Source of the DNA: an uncultured Gemmatimonadales bacterium
GTDB lineage: Bacteria; Gemmatimonadota; Gemmatimonadetes; Gemmatimonadales; Gemmatimonadaceae
DNA length: 64,000 nt
NCBI GenBank assembly: GCA_963793305.1
Contig: CAWBZV010000002.1
Location: forward strand, 32,001-96,000
Direction: 5' to 3'
Under the pieces are notes generated by a model. That model had not been told where the DNA came from, made no database searches, and was given only the letters and a program-made list of their open reading frames with translations. Both the position numbers and the translations under genes were made by a program. This document shows, piece by piece, positions 1 to 9,522 of the stretch (position 1 is the first letter of the stretch; every line of letters begins with the position of its first letter).

Positions 1-571
1 CACGTTGACTCCGACCTGACCTGGATGAGCCGCCGGGGTGCGCCGGCTCGGCCACCGTCTCCAGCAATCCGGTCGCCGTGTCGTACACCATCCCCGAAAC
101 CGTGATGCGCGGCGAAATCTGGGGCGCGGTGAGAATCGTTCGCACATCAGAGCGAACCGTCTCGGCCGGCACAGTCGCCGGGAGACGCGCGAGCACGTCT
201 TCGTCATAGCCTGAGCGCTGCGCGAAGCCATGACGGAGCGCTGGATCCTCGAGCAGTCGGCTCCCGCAGTCCGTATGGTGGATGACGACGGCTTCGAAGT
301 AGGGCCCCTCCGGCGCCTTGGTCTCCACGAGGTAGCCAATGTACGAGAGGTCCTGGATCACGGCGTCCGTGGCGCGGCCGCCCACCGTCCGGGCGACGAT
401 GGCGTCGGCGAACCGCAGCCCAAGAAACTCCGCGGGGTCGGTCCGCGGATCGATGCACGTGATGATGTACAGTCCCTTGAAGGGGAGGAACGGCAGGCGC
501 GGAGTGTTCCGCCATGTCCCAGTCGCGGCGAACGCCTTATTGCGCTCCAGCAACGGCGTGATGTTCGACAT
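1..571 (-). CDS. Beta-class carbonic anhydrase, 3' end runs off the window
   Basis: Not in the ORF track. Manual translation from ATG 571 gives MSNITPLLERNKAF...ITCIDPR...IHHTDCG...VSGMVYDTATG, carrying the CxDxR and HxxC zinc motifs. Confidence 0.85.
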   Translation of the reverse strand, partial: MSNITPLLERNKAFAATGTWRNTPRLPFLPFKGLYIITCIDPRTDPAEFLGLRFADAIVARTVGGRATDAVIQDLSYIGYLVETKAPEGPYFEAVVIHHTDCGSRLLEDPALRHGFAQRSGYDEDVLARLPATVPAETVRSDVRTILTAPQISPRITVSGMVYDTATGLLETVAEPAHPGGSSRSGRSQR

Positions 572-642
572 GCCGTACGTTAGACTGGCGCGCTCGCATC
601 ACGGAGCGCTTTTCCAGACAACGAGCCCACGATTTCTGCCAA

Positions 643-1623
643 CTAGCGGATCCCGCGCCGGCCGAACAATTCGCGGTACTGTCCCGGCGTGGTTCGCAGC
701 CGTCGCGCGAATACGCGACGCAGCACCTCTGCACTGGTGAACCTGCTGGCGGCGGCGACTTCGGAGAGGCTCCGCGACGTTGACTCCAGCTGACGGCGCG
801 CCGCCTCGAGGCGCAGATCTTCGATGTGTCTCGCCGGCGTCTTGCCGACCTCCTGTCGGAACAGCCGGGCGAAATTGCGTGGACTCATCGCGGCTCGGCG
901 CGCGAGCTGGGCGATCGTGAGGTTGCGCCGAAGATTGTCCGGGAGCCAGGCCAACAGCTCGCCGAGCGGGCGGCTCTCGGCGGTTTGCGCCGCGAGCGTG
1001 GCGCTGAACTGCGACTGCCCACCAGGGCGCCGCAAGAAGACCACCATCATCCGCGCGACCTGGAGCGCGACCGCGCGGCCCAGATCGTCCTCGACCAAGG
1101 CCAGGCTCAGATCGATGCCAGCGGTTACTCCCGCTGACGTGTAGCAGTTGCCGTCACGGACGTAGATGGGATTGGGGTCGACCGTGACGCGAGGGTAATC
1201 GCGGGCGAGTTGGCCACACCAGTTCCAATGCGTCGTCGCGCGCCTCCCGTCCAACAACCCAGCGTCTGCCAGCGCCAGCGCACCGGTACAGACCGAGCCA
1301 AAGCGTCGCGCGCCGCGGCTCGCGAGTCTCAGCCAATCAAGAAATCCTCGCTCATACCGCATCTCGCTCGCGCCGGTGCCGCCCGCGATGAGCAGGGTAT
1401 CGATCGGGCCGCTGTACTCCCGGTACGTTTGATCCGCGTGGACTGGCGAGATGATCTCGCTCGCGACTATGCGATCCTGACCACCCGAGATGATCGAGAC
1501 CTGATATGCCGGCTCGCCGCCGTGCTGACGGTTGGCATCGCCGAATACTTCCGCCGGACCGAACACATCTAATATTCGTACTGGAGGAACCGCCACGAGT
1601 ACGATGTGACGTTGTCTGCCCAT
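643..1623 (-). CDS. GlxA-family regulator (DJ-1/PfpI domain + AraC HTH)
   Basis: SVCTGA, ATTHW, TSAGVTAGID and RRPGGQSQFS motifs, with a C-terminal AraC helix-turn-helix. Confidence 0.92.
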   Translation of the reverse strand: MGRQRHIVLVAVPPVRILDVFGPAEVFGDANRQHGGEPAYQVSIISGGQDRIVASEIISPVHADQTYREYSGPIDTLLIAGGTGASEMRYERGFLDWLRLASRGARRFGSVCTGALALADAGLLDGRRATTHWNWCGQLARDYPRVTVDPNPIYVRDGNCYTSAGVTAGIDLSLALVEDDLGRAVALQVARMMVVFLRRPGGQSQFSATLAAQTAESRPLGELLAWLPDNLRRNLTIAQLARRAAMSPRNFARLFRQEVGKTPARHIEDLRLEAARRQLESTSRSLSEVAAASRFTSAEVLRRVFARRLRTTPGQYRELFGRRGIR

Positions 1624-1638
1624 CGCTCAACCTATCAC

Positions 1639-2448
1639 ATGACTGAAGCCGTTCGCGACCATTACCAGGCTGGGATCCAGCTCGCCAAGCTCACCCACGC
1701 CATTGATGCGATTGAGCCGCCGCTGACGGCGGAGAAACTGGCGGCGTTCGATCAGTTCCATGTGGGCGGTCTGGCGGCGACAGCGGAACTGGCGAAGCGC
1801 GCGCGCATCGCGGGCGACATGCATGTGCTCGATGCCGGATCCGGCCTCGGCGGTCCGTCGCGCTTTCTCGCCGAGACCATCGGCTGTCGCGTTACTGGAG
1901 TAGATCTGACTCCAGCCTATGTGGCTGTGGCCACCCTGCTAGCGGACCGCGCCGGCCTCAGCGACAAGGTGAGTTACCGCGTCGGCAACATCGTCGAGTT
2001 GCCATTTGAAGACGGTAGCTTCGATGTCGTCTGGAGCCAGCATGTGGTCATGAACATCCCGGACAGGGTTCCGCTCTATCGCGAGCTTCGGCGCGTCTTG
2101 AAAACGGGTGGGACATTCGCCTTTTACGATCCGTACCTGCCCGACACGGGTGACCTACCAGTGTATCCCGTGCCCTGGGCCGAGACGCCCGCATCGAGCA
2201 CACTGCTGACCAAGCAGATGACCGTCACCGCATTGGAGGATACGGGCTTTCGCATGCTGGCCTTCGATGACATCACGCCGGCAGGCGTGGAGTGGATTGC
2301 GCGGCAGCAAGAGCAGATGAGACAGGTCAACGCGCTCACACTCGGAACGGTCATGGGTGAGCGCATGCGCGAGATGGCGGCGAATCTTGGCCGTAACCTG
2401 GCGGAGGGACGCGTGCGACTCGTCATGGGCACGTGCCAAGCGGTATGA
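1639..2448 (+). CDS. Class I SAM-dependent methyltransferase
   Basis: DQFHVGG, VLDAGSGLGG and LPFEDGSFDVV motifs. Start taken at ATG 1639. Confidence 0.88.
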   Translation: MTEAVRDHYQAGIQLAKLTHAIDAIEPPLTAEKLAAFDQFHVGGLAATAELAKRARIAGDMHVLDAGSGLGGPSRFLAETIGCRVTGVDLTPAYVAVATLLADRAGLSDKVSYRVGNIVELPFEDGSFDVVWSQHVVMNIPDRVPLYRELRRVLKTGGTFAFYDPYLPDTGDLPVYPVPWAETPASSTLLTKQMTVTALEDTGFRMLAFDDITPAGVEWIARQQEQMRQVNALTLGTVMGERMREMAANLGRNLAEGRVRLVMGTCQAV

Positions 2449-2471
2449 AGCGTTCGCTCCTGGATGGCGCT

Positions 2472-2834
2472 CTATTGCACGACGATGACGCCGGTCATGC
2501 CATCGTGAATGGCGCAATGATACGCGTACGTTCCCGGCACGGTGAGCACCCGGCTCGAGTCCCCGCTTGTGAAGCCGGTGTCGCCGCCCCCGATGTTCGC
2601 CACGGCGGTTGGCGTGGCGTCCCAGACCACGTTGTGCGGGACAGAATGCCACGCGAACTGCACGGTGTCGCCCGCCGCAACGGTATCCGGCGTCGGCTCG
2701 AACACGAGCGAGGGGTCGGCGTCGATGACCACGGAGTGGACACCGGCGCCCGGCGCCGTGCTGCTCCCACACGCCGCGGCGGCGACGGTGCTCGCGATGA
2801 TCGTCAGGCAAAGCAGCGGTCGCATGACTTGCAT
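2472..2834 (-). CDS. Plastocyanin/azurin-like cupredoxin lipoprotein
   Basis: Lipobox AAAAC. Type-1 copper ligands HNV...YHCAIHDGM. Confidence 0.85.
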   Translation of the reverse strand: MQVMRPLLCLTIIASTVAAAACGSSTAPGAGVHSVVIDADPSLVFEPTPDTVAAGDTVQFAWHSVPHNVVWDATPTAVANIGGGDTGFTSGDSSRVLTVPGTYAYHCAIHDGMTGVIVVQ

Positions 2835-2875
2835 GAGTTAATATGCTACACCGGGGGAATATTGCCAGATCTGCT

Positions 2876-3772
2876 ATGGTGACGAGCGAACAACAGCTGC
2901 TCGAGCTGTTCGAGTCCTGCGGATTCGATTTCACGGCGATAGTCCGCGATATCGCGACACGGTTTCCCCAAGAGTTCGATTGGGGCGTGCCGTCGTCGGT
3001 CGTGCTGCCCTTTCAATTGACGCAGCCTTTCGCCGGGTTCGGGCCCATCTGGAAGGTGCCCGTGAGTCGAGAGGTCGACTTCGACCTGCCGCCCGCGACG
3101 TACTTCCACGAGTTCCATCCGACCGACGACATGAAAACGAATTTCGATCGGGCGGTGGGCCAGTTGACGCCGGTCCTTGGTGCGGGTCAGGTGACGTCGG
3201 CCAGCAATGCGTTCGAGCGCACCTGGCGGATCGGACTCTTCACGATTCGCGTGATCGCATGGCCCAAAGAAAAGAATGCAATGTATAGCAACGCGTACGA
3301 GGGACACAACCCGTACCTGTGGATCGACGCCAAGATCTACGTGCGGCCGGACTTTCCGTTCGCTCATCCGACCGAGGATGCCGCCCAGCCTCTGCACGAG
3401 CTGTTCACCTCGGCACCCGGGCGCACACTGGTTTGCGCATCCCCCGTATACACCCGGAGAAATCGCGTTTCAGGGGCTCCAGACACCGTCGTGGTAGGAA
3501 CACGCGACGACGCCTTGATCATCCGTGCCGAGGATCGAAGCGTACGCATCCCCCTCGGAGAGATACAACAGGTGGTCCTCACGCGGCTCACGCCAGCACA
3601 ATTCTCCGGATCGTCGTCGCTTTCGCTGAAGGCCCTGTTCCTGGGCCGACATCAAGTGAGCGTGGCGATCGCCAACGGTGACAAGACGGATTCGCTCGAT
3701 CGCGTCGCTCCGATCCTCGCGGCCGCCGTCGCGAAGCCCTTAACCGTTCAGGAGTACCCGGACGTCAAATAG
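2876..3772 (+). CDS. Hypothetical protein
   Basis: Long ORF with protein-like composition and no recognised motif. Start taken at ATG 2876. Confidence 0.6.
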   Translation: MVTSEQQLLELFESCGFDFTAIVRDIATRFPQEFDWGVPSSVVLPFQLTQPFAGFGPIWKVPVSREVDFDLPPATYFHEFHPTDDMKTNFDRAVGQLTPVLGAGQVTSASNAFERTWRIGLFTIRVIAWPKEKNAMYSNAYEGHNPYLWIDAKIYVRPDFPFAHPTEDAAQPLHELFTSAPGRTLVCASPVYTRRNRVSGAPDTVVVGTRDDALIIRAEDRSVRIPLGEIQQVVLTRLTPAQFSGSSSLSLKALFLGRHQVSVAIANGDKTDSLDRVAPILAAAVAKPLTVQEYPDVK

Positions 3773-3872
3773 GTAGGGACGGTGTGTCCCCGTCGAGTTT
3801 CACTCCAGCGTGTGACGCGTCTCCTTCGTGACTGCCGTTTTATTCTGACTTTCACGCGGAGCAGCATCCGTC

Positions 3873-4601
3873 ATGACCCACTCGCGTTGGACATTAGCAA
3901 CCGCGCTACTTCTCCTCGCCGCGTGCAGCAGCAGCACGAGCCCAAAGGGGCAATCACCGGCGCAGGTCGCGGCGTATTATGACGCGCTCGCCGGCACACA
4001 CTTCGCCGCCGGTACCGGCGCCGACAGCCTCGACGCAGAGTTCATTAGCGTGCTGAACGGCCCGATCGCCTATGGGCAGCTGCCGACCAAGATCAGCGTG
4101 AGCGCCAGCGGCGTCGCCCAGACCTGGTACGCAAACGCGGCGATCTTCGTCGACTCCGCGCAATCGGATTCGGAGATCTTCATCTCAATGTGGGCGGACA
4201 CGGTCGTGTCATCGTTCATGCTCGCCGAAGCGATCAACAACACCTTGCCGGGACTGGAGGCGGGGGTCTTCTATCTCGCCACGGGCCCTGGCAGCAGCGC
4301 CGACTCCTCGACCGTCACCGTCGCTCCGGCCGTCAAGTCCTCGTCGTGCGCGACGAACATTTCGATCACGCACGTCTACTCGTTCGCTCCGACCTACGAT
4401 CCAGCCAACACCACCTGCACGCCGGCCAGCGCCACCATCGCCGGTCACTTGCACTTCCAGGCCGCGGCCGGGATCGCGACGCAGTATCAGGATATCGACC
4501 TGACCTCGACGGCGATCAGCGCGGTGCGCCTGCAGGCGACGCACGGCGCCACATTCTCCCGCGTGCGCGCGCTGCCGCACGGTACGATTCGCCTCAACTA
4601 A
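3873..4601 (+). CDS. Hypothetical lipoprotein
   Basis: Signal peptide with LLAAC lipobox, followed by a Ser/Thr/Ala-rich mature region. Confidence 0.7.
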   Translation: MTHSRWTLATALLLLAACSSSTSPKGQSPAQVAAYYDALAGTHFAAGTGADSLDAEFISVLNGPIAYGQLPTKISVSASGVAQTWYANAAIFVDSAQSDSEIFISMWADTVVSSFMLAEAINNTLPGLEAGVFYLATGPGSSADSSTVTVAPAVKSSSCATNISITHVYSFAPTYDPANTTCTPASATIAGHLHFQAAAGIATQYQDIDLTSTAISAVRLQATHGATFSRVRALPHGTIRLN

Positions 4602-4684
4602 ACAGACGCCCGTAATTTGCGCGAATGTCCTCTCGCCACGGCGGCGGGGGGACATTCGCGTACCAAGCCAGTACACTTCGATGC

Positions 4685-5794
4685 ATGGCGATCGACATCG
4701 AAGACCTGGAGACGCCGGTGCCGGTGGTCGACATGGACCGGCTCGAGCGCAACCTCGCGCGGACCGCGGCGTATGCGAAGCAGCATGAGCTGGTGCTCAG
4801 ACCGCATGTCAAGACGCACAAATCGCCGTTCATCGCCGAGCAGCAGATCCGGTCGGGCGCGCGAGGGCTGACGTGCGCGACGCCGCGCGAGATCGAGGTG
4901 ATGAGCGCGGCGAGTGACGACCTGTTGCTGGCGTATCCCGCGCTCGGCCGGTCGAAGCTCGATCGGCTCATGACCGTCGCGCGGCACGCGCGCCTGACCG
5001 TGGCGCTCGATTCGGTCGAGGCGGTCCAGCAGCTCGGCGAGGCGGCAACGGCGGCTGGGCGTGATGTCGCCGTGTATGTCGAGCTCGATCTCGGCATGCA
5101 TCGCGTTGGTGTACAGAGCGCGGCCGACGCGATCGGCGTCATTCGGGCGATCGGTCGGCATCCCTCGCTCCGCTACGGCGGCATCACGTTCTACGCCGGG
5201 CATATCCGCGATCGGGTGAGCGATCAGCACACAAAACTCGACCGGCTGAATCGGGATGTCGATGCCGCGGTCGGCGAGCTCACGAAGGCCGGGTTGACGC
5301 CACCCGTGGTGAGTGGCGGATCCACACCGACCATCTGGCAGACGCACGAGATCGCGCATCTCACCGAAATGCGGCCCGGCACGTACGTCTACAATGATCG
5401 CGGTACGTCGGAGATCGGCGCGTGCACCGAGGACGATTGCGCGTTGACCGTCCTCGCCACGGTCGTCAGCACGGCCGTGCCCGGGCAGGCCGTCGTCGAC
5501 GCGGGTTGCAAGGCGCTCGGGCGCGAGCCCGTGCGCGGCGTGCCTGGCGAAGGATTCGCGAGTGTGCTCGGCAAGCCCCAGGTACTCGTCGTGAGCATGT
5601 CAGAGGAGCACGGCGTCCTCGACCTCGCGAACACATCGTGGCGTCCGCGCGTCGGGGAGCGCGTGCGCATCGTGCCGAACCACGTCTGTATCGTCGTGCA
5701 TCTCCACGAGGCGATCGTCGGCCTCCGCGGCGACGTCGTCGAAACGCACTGGCCGGTCGCGGCGCGAGGTCGGAGCGCGGCGCCCGTCGCGTGA
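4685..5794 (+). CDS. Fold-type III PLP enzyme (D-threonine aldolase / D-serine dehydratase DSD1 family)
   Basis: LETP, RPHVKTHK (PLP Lys), SGGSTP, EMRPGTY, SEEHG and PNHVC motifs. Confidence 0.9.
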   Translation: MAIDIEDLETPVPVVDMDRLERNLARTAAYAKQHELVLRPHVKTHKSPFIAEQQIRSGARGLTCATPREIEVMSAASDDLLLAYPALGRSKLDRLMTVARHARLTVALDSVEAVQQLGEAATAAGRDVAVYVELDLGMHRVGVQSAADAIGVIRAIGRHPSLRYGGITFYAGHIRDRVSDQHTKLDRLNRDVDAAVGELTKAGLTPPVVSGGSTPTIWQTHEIAHLTEMRPGTYVYNDRGTSEIGACTEDDCALTVLATVVSTAVPGQAVVDAGCKALGREPVRGVPGEGFASVLGKPQVLVVSMSEEHGVLDLANTSWRPRVGERVRIVPNHVCIVVHLHEAIVGLRGDVVETHWPVAARGRSAAPVA

Positions 5795-6672
5795 TCGGCG
5801 TCGACTGGGGAACAAGTCATGTGCGGGCGTATCGCCTGACCGACGATGCCACCGGCACGATCGTCGCTCAGCGGGACTCCGGTGATGGCGTCCTCACGGT
5901 CGAACCCGGACGCTTCCCCCAGGTCCTGGGCGACCTCGTGAGGTCGTGGATCGCCGACGGAGAACGGCGCATCCTCCTCTCTGGCACCGTCGGCAGTCGC
6001 AACGGATGGCGGGAGACGCGACCGGTCCAGTGTCCCGTGCGGCTGGCGGATCTCGCCCGGGCAGTGGAACCCGTCCCGTTTGACGAGGCGTGCGTCCGGA
6101 TCGTGCCCGGCGTCGCCGGCGTGGATGCCGCTGGGGTGCCGGAGGTGATGCGAGGCGAAGAGGTCGAGATCGTCGGTGCCCGTATCGATGCCGGGTGCGT
6201 CTGCCTGCCAGGGTCGCATAGCAAGTGGGTCCGCGTCCAGGACGGGGCCATTATCTCATATTCGACCTATCTCACCGGTGAAGCGTACGCCGCGCTCCGC
6301 GCGCATACACTCCTGGCGAAGCTCATGGGGCCCGAACCACCCGTCGCGGGTCCCGCGTTCGACGCCGGCGTGAGCCGGTCAGCTGAGGACGGAGGGGTGC
6401 TGCATCACCTGTTCGGCGTGCGCACGCTCGGGCTGGCTGGACGCATCACACCAGCGGAGTCCCAGTCGTATCTCTCCGGGTTGCTGATCGGTCACGAGAT
6501 ACGGAGTGCACTCGCGCCGAGCGCTGCGGTGACCGTAGTCGGCGCTCCGGCGCTCGTCGCGCTCTACGTGCGCGCGATCGACGCGTGCGGTGGACGCGCG
6601 ACGCCGGGACCCGAGCAGGCCGCGGCACGTGGGTTGGCGATGATCGGGTCACAGGTCGCATGGACGGACTGA
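5791..6672 (+). CDS. dgoK: 2-dehydro-3-deoxygalactonokinase
   Basis: GTG 5791 overlaps the upstream TGA. Motifs IGVDWGTS, VMRGEE, LPGSHSKW and YLSGLLIGHE. Confidence 0.9.
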   Translation: MIGVDWGTSHVRAYRLTDDATGTIVAQRDSGDGVLTVEPGRFPQVLGDLVRSWIADGERRILLSGTVGSRNGWRETRPVQCPVRLADLARAVEPVPFDEACVRIVPGVAGVDAAGVPEVMRGEEVEIVGARIDAGCVCLPGSHSKWVRVQDGAIISYSTYLTGEAYAALRAHTLLAKLMGPEPPVAGPAFDAGVSRSAEDGGVLHHLFGVRTLGLAGRITPAESQSYLSGLLIGHEIRSALAPSAAVTVVGAPALVALYVRAIDACGGRATPGPEQAAARGLAMIGSQVAWTD

Positions 6673-7283
6673 CCTCCTGGCTGGAGCGGTGTCCGCTCGT
6701 CGCGATTCTGCGCGGAGTCACGCCCGATGAGGTCGAGGCGATAGGGGATGCGCTGGTCGGCGCCGGCATTGCGATCATCGAGGTGCCGCTCAACTCTCCG
6801 CGGCCCATCGAGAGCATCGAGCGCCTCGCACGCCGCTTCGCGGAACGCGTGCTGGTCGGCGCCGGGACGGTCATGCGGACCAATGATGTGGCAGACGTCG
6901 CGAGCGCCGGCGGTCGGCTCATCGTGACGCCGCACGCCGCGACGGACGTCGTTCGGGCGGCGAAGACGGCCGGATTGCTCGCGATGCCGGGGTTCTTTAC
7001 GGTGACGGAAGCGTTTGCCCTGATCAACGCGGGGGCAGATGCCCTCAAGCTATTTCCGGCCGAGGCGACGAGTCCCGCCGCGCTTGGCGCCATGCGGGCC
7101 GTGTTGCCGAAAGGGACGCTCGTGCTGCCGATGGGCGGCATCGACGCCGCAGCTTTTTCGCCGTGGGTCAGAGCCGGCGCAAATGGGTTCGGGATCGGGT
7201 CGGCCATCTACAAGCCGGGCGACAGCGCCGCAACGGTCGCCGAGAAAGCCAAGAAACTCATTGCGGCAATGCGAACGCTATGA
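6660..7283 (+). CDS. dgoA: 2-dehydro-3-deoxy-6-phosphogalactonate aldolase
   Basis: LVAILRG, IEVPLNSP, GAGTV, LKLFPAE and GSAIYKPG motifs. Directly follows dgoK. Confidence 0.9.
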   Translation: MDGLTSWLERCPLVAILRGVTPDEVEAIGDALVGAGIAIIEVPLNSPRPIESIERLARRFAERVLVGAGTVMRTNDVADVASAGGRLIVTPHAATDVVRAAKTAGLLAMPGFFTVTEAFALINAGADALKLFPAEATSPAALGAMRAVLPKGTLVLPMGGIDAAAFSPWVRAGANGFGIGSAIYKPGDSAATVAEKAKKLIAAMRTL

Positions 7284-9522
7284 TCGTCCCGCCCGCGGCG
7301 GCCGCAATGTACTGGCGGCCGTTCACGGCGTAGGTCATTGGGGAGGCATGCCAGACGGCGTTCGTGTGAAAATGCCAGAGCGGGGCGCCCGTGGATGCGG
7401 ACACCGCGGCCAGCGCGCCGGCATCGTCGCCGTAGAACACGACCCCGCCCGCGGTGCTCAGCACACCGCCCCAGCTGTCACCGGTCCCGATTTGCGGGAT
7501 TTCCCACGCCATCTCGCCCGTCTCCGGGTTGATCGCGCGCAGCACCTTCTGGCGATGCTCGCCCGGCACACGATTCGCGCCGCCGCCATAGAATGACTGC
7601 CCCGGCGTCCACCATGCCGATGACTTGGAAAAAATGCTGCACGCCTCGAGTGCCATCACATAGTAGAGATGCGTCGACGGGTTGAACGACGTCGACATCC
7701 AGTTCGTCGCACCCTCGAGCGACGGACACGCTTTGGTGCCGAGTGGCGACGGGTCCGAGCCGGCCAGCAGTATCGGGCGGCCGTCGGCGCCGATGCCGCT
7801 CGCCCAGGTGAGCTTATGCACGAATGGGTGGCTCAACAGCAGGTGGCCCGTGGTACGGTCGAGCACATAGAAAAAGCCATTGCGATTCGCTTGCAGCAGC
7901 AACTTGCGCGAGCCGTCGTCGACCAGCATCGGCGTTTGCACCGCATCCCAGTCGTGCAGGTTGTGTGGCGTGTACTGGTAATACCACACGAGTCGCCCGG
8001 TCTTGACGTCGAGCGCGAGCACGGAGCTCGAGTACAGGTTGTCGCCCTGGCGCTCGTCGCCGTTGTAATCGGGACACGGATTCCCCGTCGGCCAGTAGAC
8101 GATGCCGGCCGTCGCATCGTACGTCCCCGTCAGCCATGCCGCCCCGCACCCGTGCGCGAGGGCCCGCCCGCGCCACGTCGCGGCCGCGGGGTCGCCAGGC
8201 GACGGCACCGTCGAGAATCGCCAAACCTGGCGCCCGGTGCGCGTATCGTATGCCGCGATGAACCCCCGGTCGCCTTCGTCGCCGCCCGATGTGCCCGACA
8301 GCACGAGGTCGTTCACGACGAGTGGCGCCCCCGTCGCGCCGTAGTGCTTATGGTAGTCGGCCATCTCGACATCCCAGAGGAGCGCGCCGTTGCCGCGCGC
8401 GAGCGCGATGAGATGCGCATGGTCGGTCGTCATGAACACGCGATCGCCGAGTACCGCGACGCCGCGGTTGATCGCACCGGCCGCGTCGCCGATGACGCCG
8501 CTGGTCAACGCCCGAGCATAGTGCCAGACCGGACGTCCCGTGCGGGCATCGAGCGCATACGCTTCGTTCGCCGTCGTCACGAACATCGTGCCATCGACGA
8601 CGATCGGCGTGCCCTCCAGATGCCGGGCACTGGGGATCGGAAAGAGCCAGGCGGGCGCCAAGCCATGCACGGTCGCCGTATCGATCTCGTGGAGCGGGCT
8701 GTAACGGTTGCCGCTCATGTGGCCGTTGTAGGTCGGCCAGTCTTCCGTTGCCGTGTCCGGAGCGACCGGCGACTCGTCGGCTGATCTGATCGTCTCCGGA
8801 CCACGCGTTCTCGTGAGGCGACTCAGAAACGCCAGCAGGTCGCGCACCGTGTCTCGGCCCGCCGTGACCGGCGGCATGAGCGACGTTGACTCTGGTCGCT
8901 CGGCCGCGATCTCATCGCGCGAGAAGTAATGGAGCTGGCCGTTCAAGTCTTCGAGCTGCAGATCGTAGTTGCTCTCGTTCCGCGCCAATCCACGCAGCGA
9001 CCCTCCGTCCCGTAGCGTGACGGAGACGACCCGGTAGCCCTCGCGCGGCGGCGAGCCCGGATGCAGCAGCGACTGCTCCAGGCGCGAGACACGGCGGCGG
9101 TCGCCGATACCCGTGAGATCCGGGCCGAGCACACCGCCCTGGCCACGAATCATGTGACAGGTCGCGCAACCGCCAGCGCCGAAATAGTACGCCGAGCCGG
9201 TGGCGACATTGCCTGTCGGTGGCTTGGCGGAAGCTGGTGAACGCAACCCTGTGATATACGCGACGACCGCATCGAGGTCGCGCGCGGGGAGCGTCGCAAA
9301 CGAGGGCATGCCTGCCTCAGGTACACCATGCCGGATAAATGTCGGCAGCGGTTGCGTGAACAACGTGTCGTCGACGCCGTCGGTGATGTTCGGTCCGAGC
9401 TCGCCGCCCGCGCCGTTCGCGCCGTGGCAGCCGGCGCAGTGGGCGGCAAAGACCAATTCACCATGCTTGACGTCCTGCGCGAGCGCCGTCGTGGCGACGA
9501 GCGCGAGCAACAATATCCTCAT
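7258..9522 (-). CDS. PQQ-dependent dehydrogenase with two N-terminal cytochrome c domains
   Basis: Signal peptide, CAGCH and CATCH heme motifs, then a PQQ beta-propeller (WPTYNG..RYSPL, GDNLY, HDWD, SPMTY). ATG 9522 overlaps the upstream TGA. Confidence 0.88.
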   Translation of the reverse strand: MRILLLALVATTALAQDVKHGELVFAAHCAGCHGANGAGGELGPNITDGVDDTLFTQPLPTFIRHGVPEAGMPSFATLPARDLDAVVAYITGLRSPASAKPPTGNVATGSAYYFGAGGCATCHMIRGQGGVLGPDLTGIGDRRRVSRLEQSLLHPGSPPREGYRVVSVTLRDGGSLRGLARNESNYDLQLEDLNGQLHYFSRDEIAAERPESTSLMPPVTAGRDTVRDLLAFLSRLTRTRGPETIRSADESPVAPDTATEDWPTYNGHMSGNRYSPLHEIDTATVHGLAPAWLFPIPSARHLEGTPIVVDGTMFVTTANEAYALDARTGRPVWHYARALTSGVIGDAAGAINRGVAVLGDRVFMTTDHAHLIALARGNGALLWDVEMADYHKHYGATGAPLVVNDLVLSGTSGGDEGDRGFIAAYDTRTGRQVWRFSTVPSPGDPAAATWRGRALAHGCGAAWLTGTYDATAGIVYWPTGNPCPDYNGDERQGDNLYSSSVLALDVKTGRLVWYYQYTPHNLHDWDAVQTPMLVDDGSRKLLLQANRNGFFYVLDRTTGHLLLSHPFVHKLTWASGIGADGRPILLAGSDPSPLGTKACPSLEGATNWMSTSFNPSTHLYYVMALEACSIFSKSSAWWTPGQSFYGGGANRVPGEHRQKVLRAINPETGEMAWEIPQIGTGDSWGGVLSTAGGVVFYGDDAGALAAVSASTGAPLWHFHTNAVWHASPMTYAVNGRQYIAAAAGGTIIAFALPQ

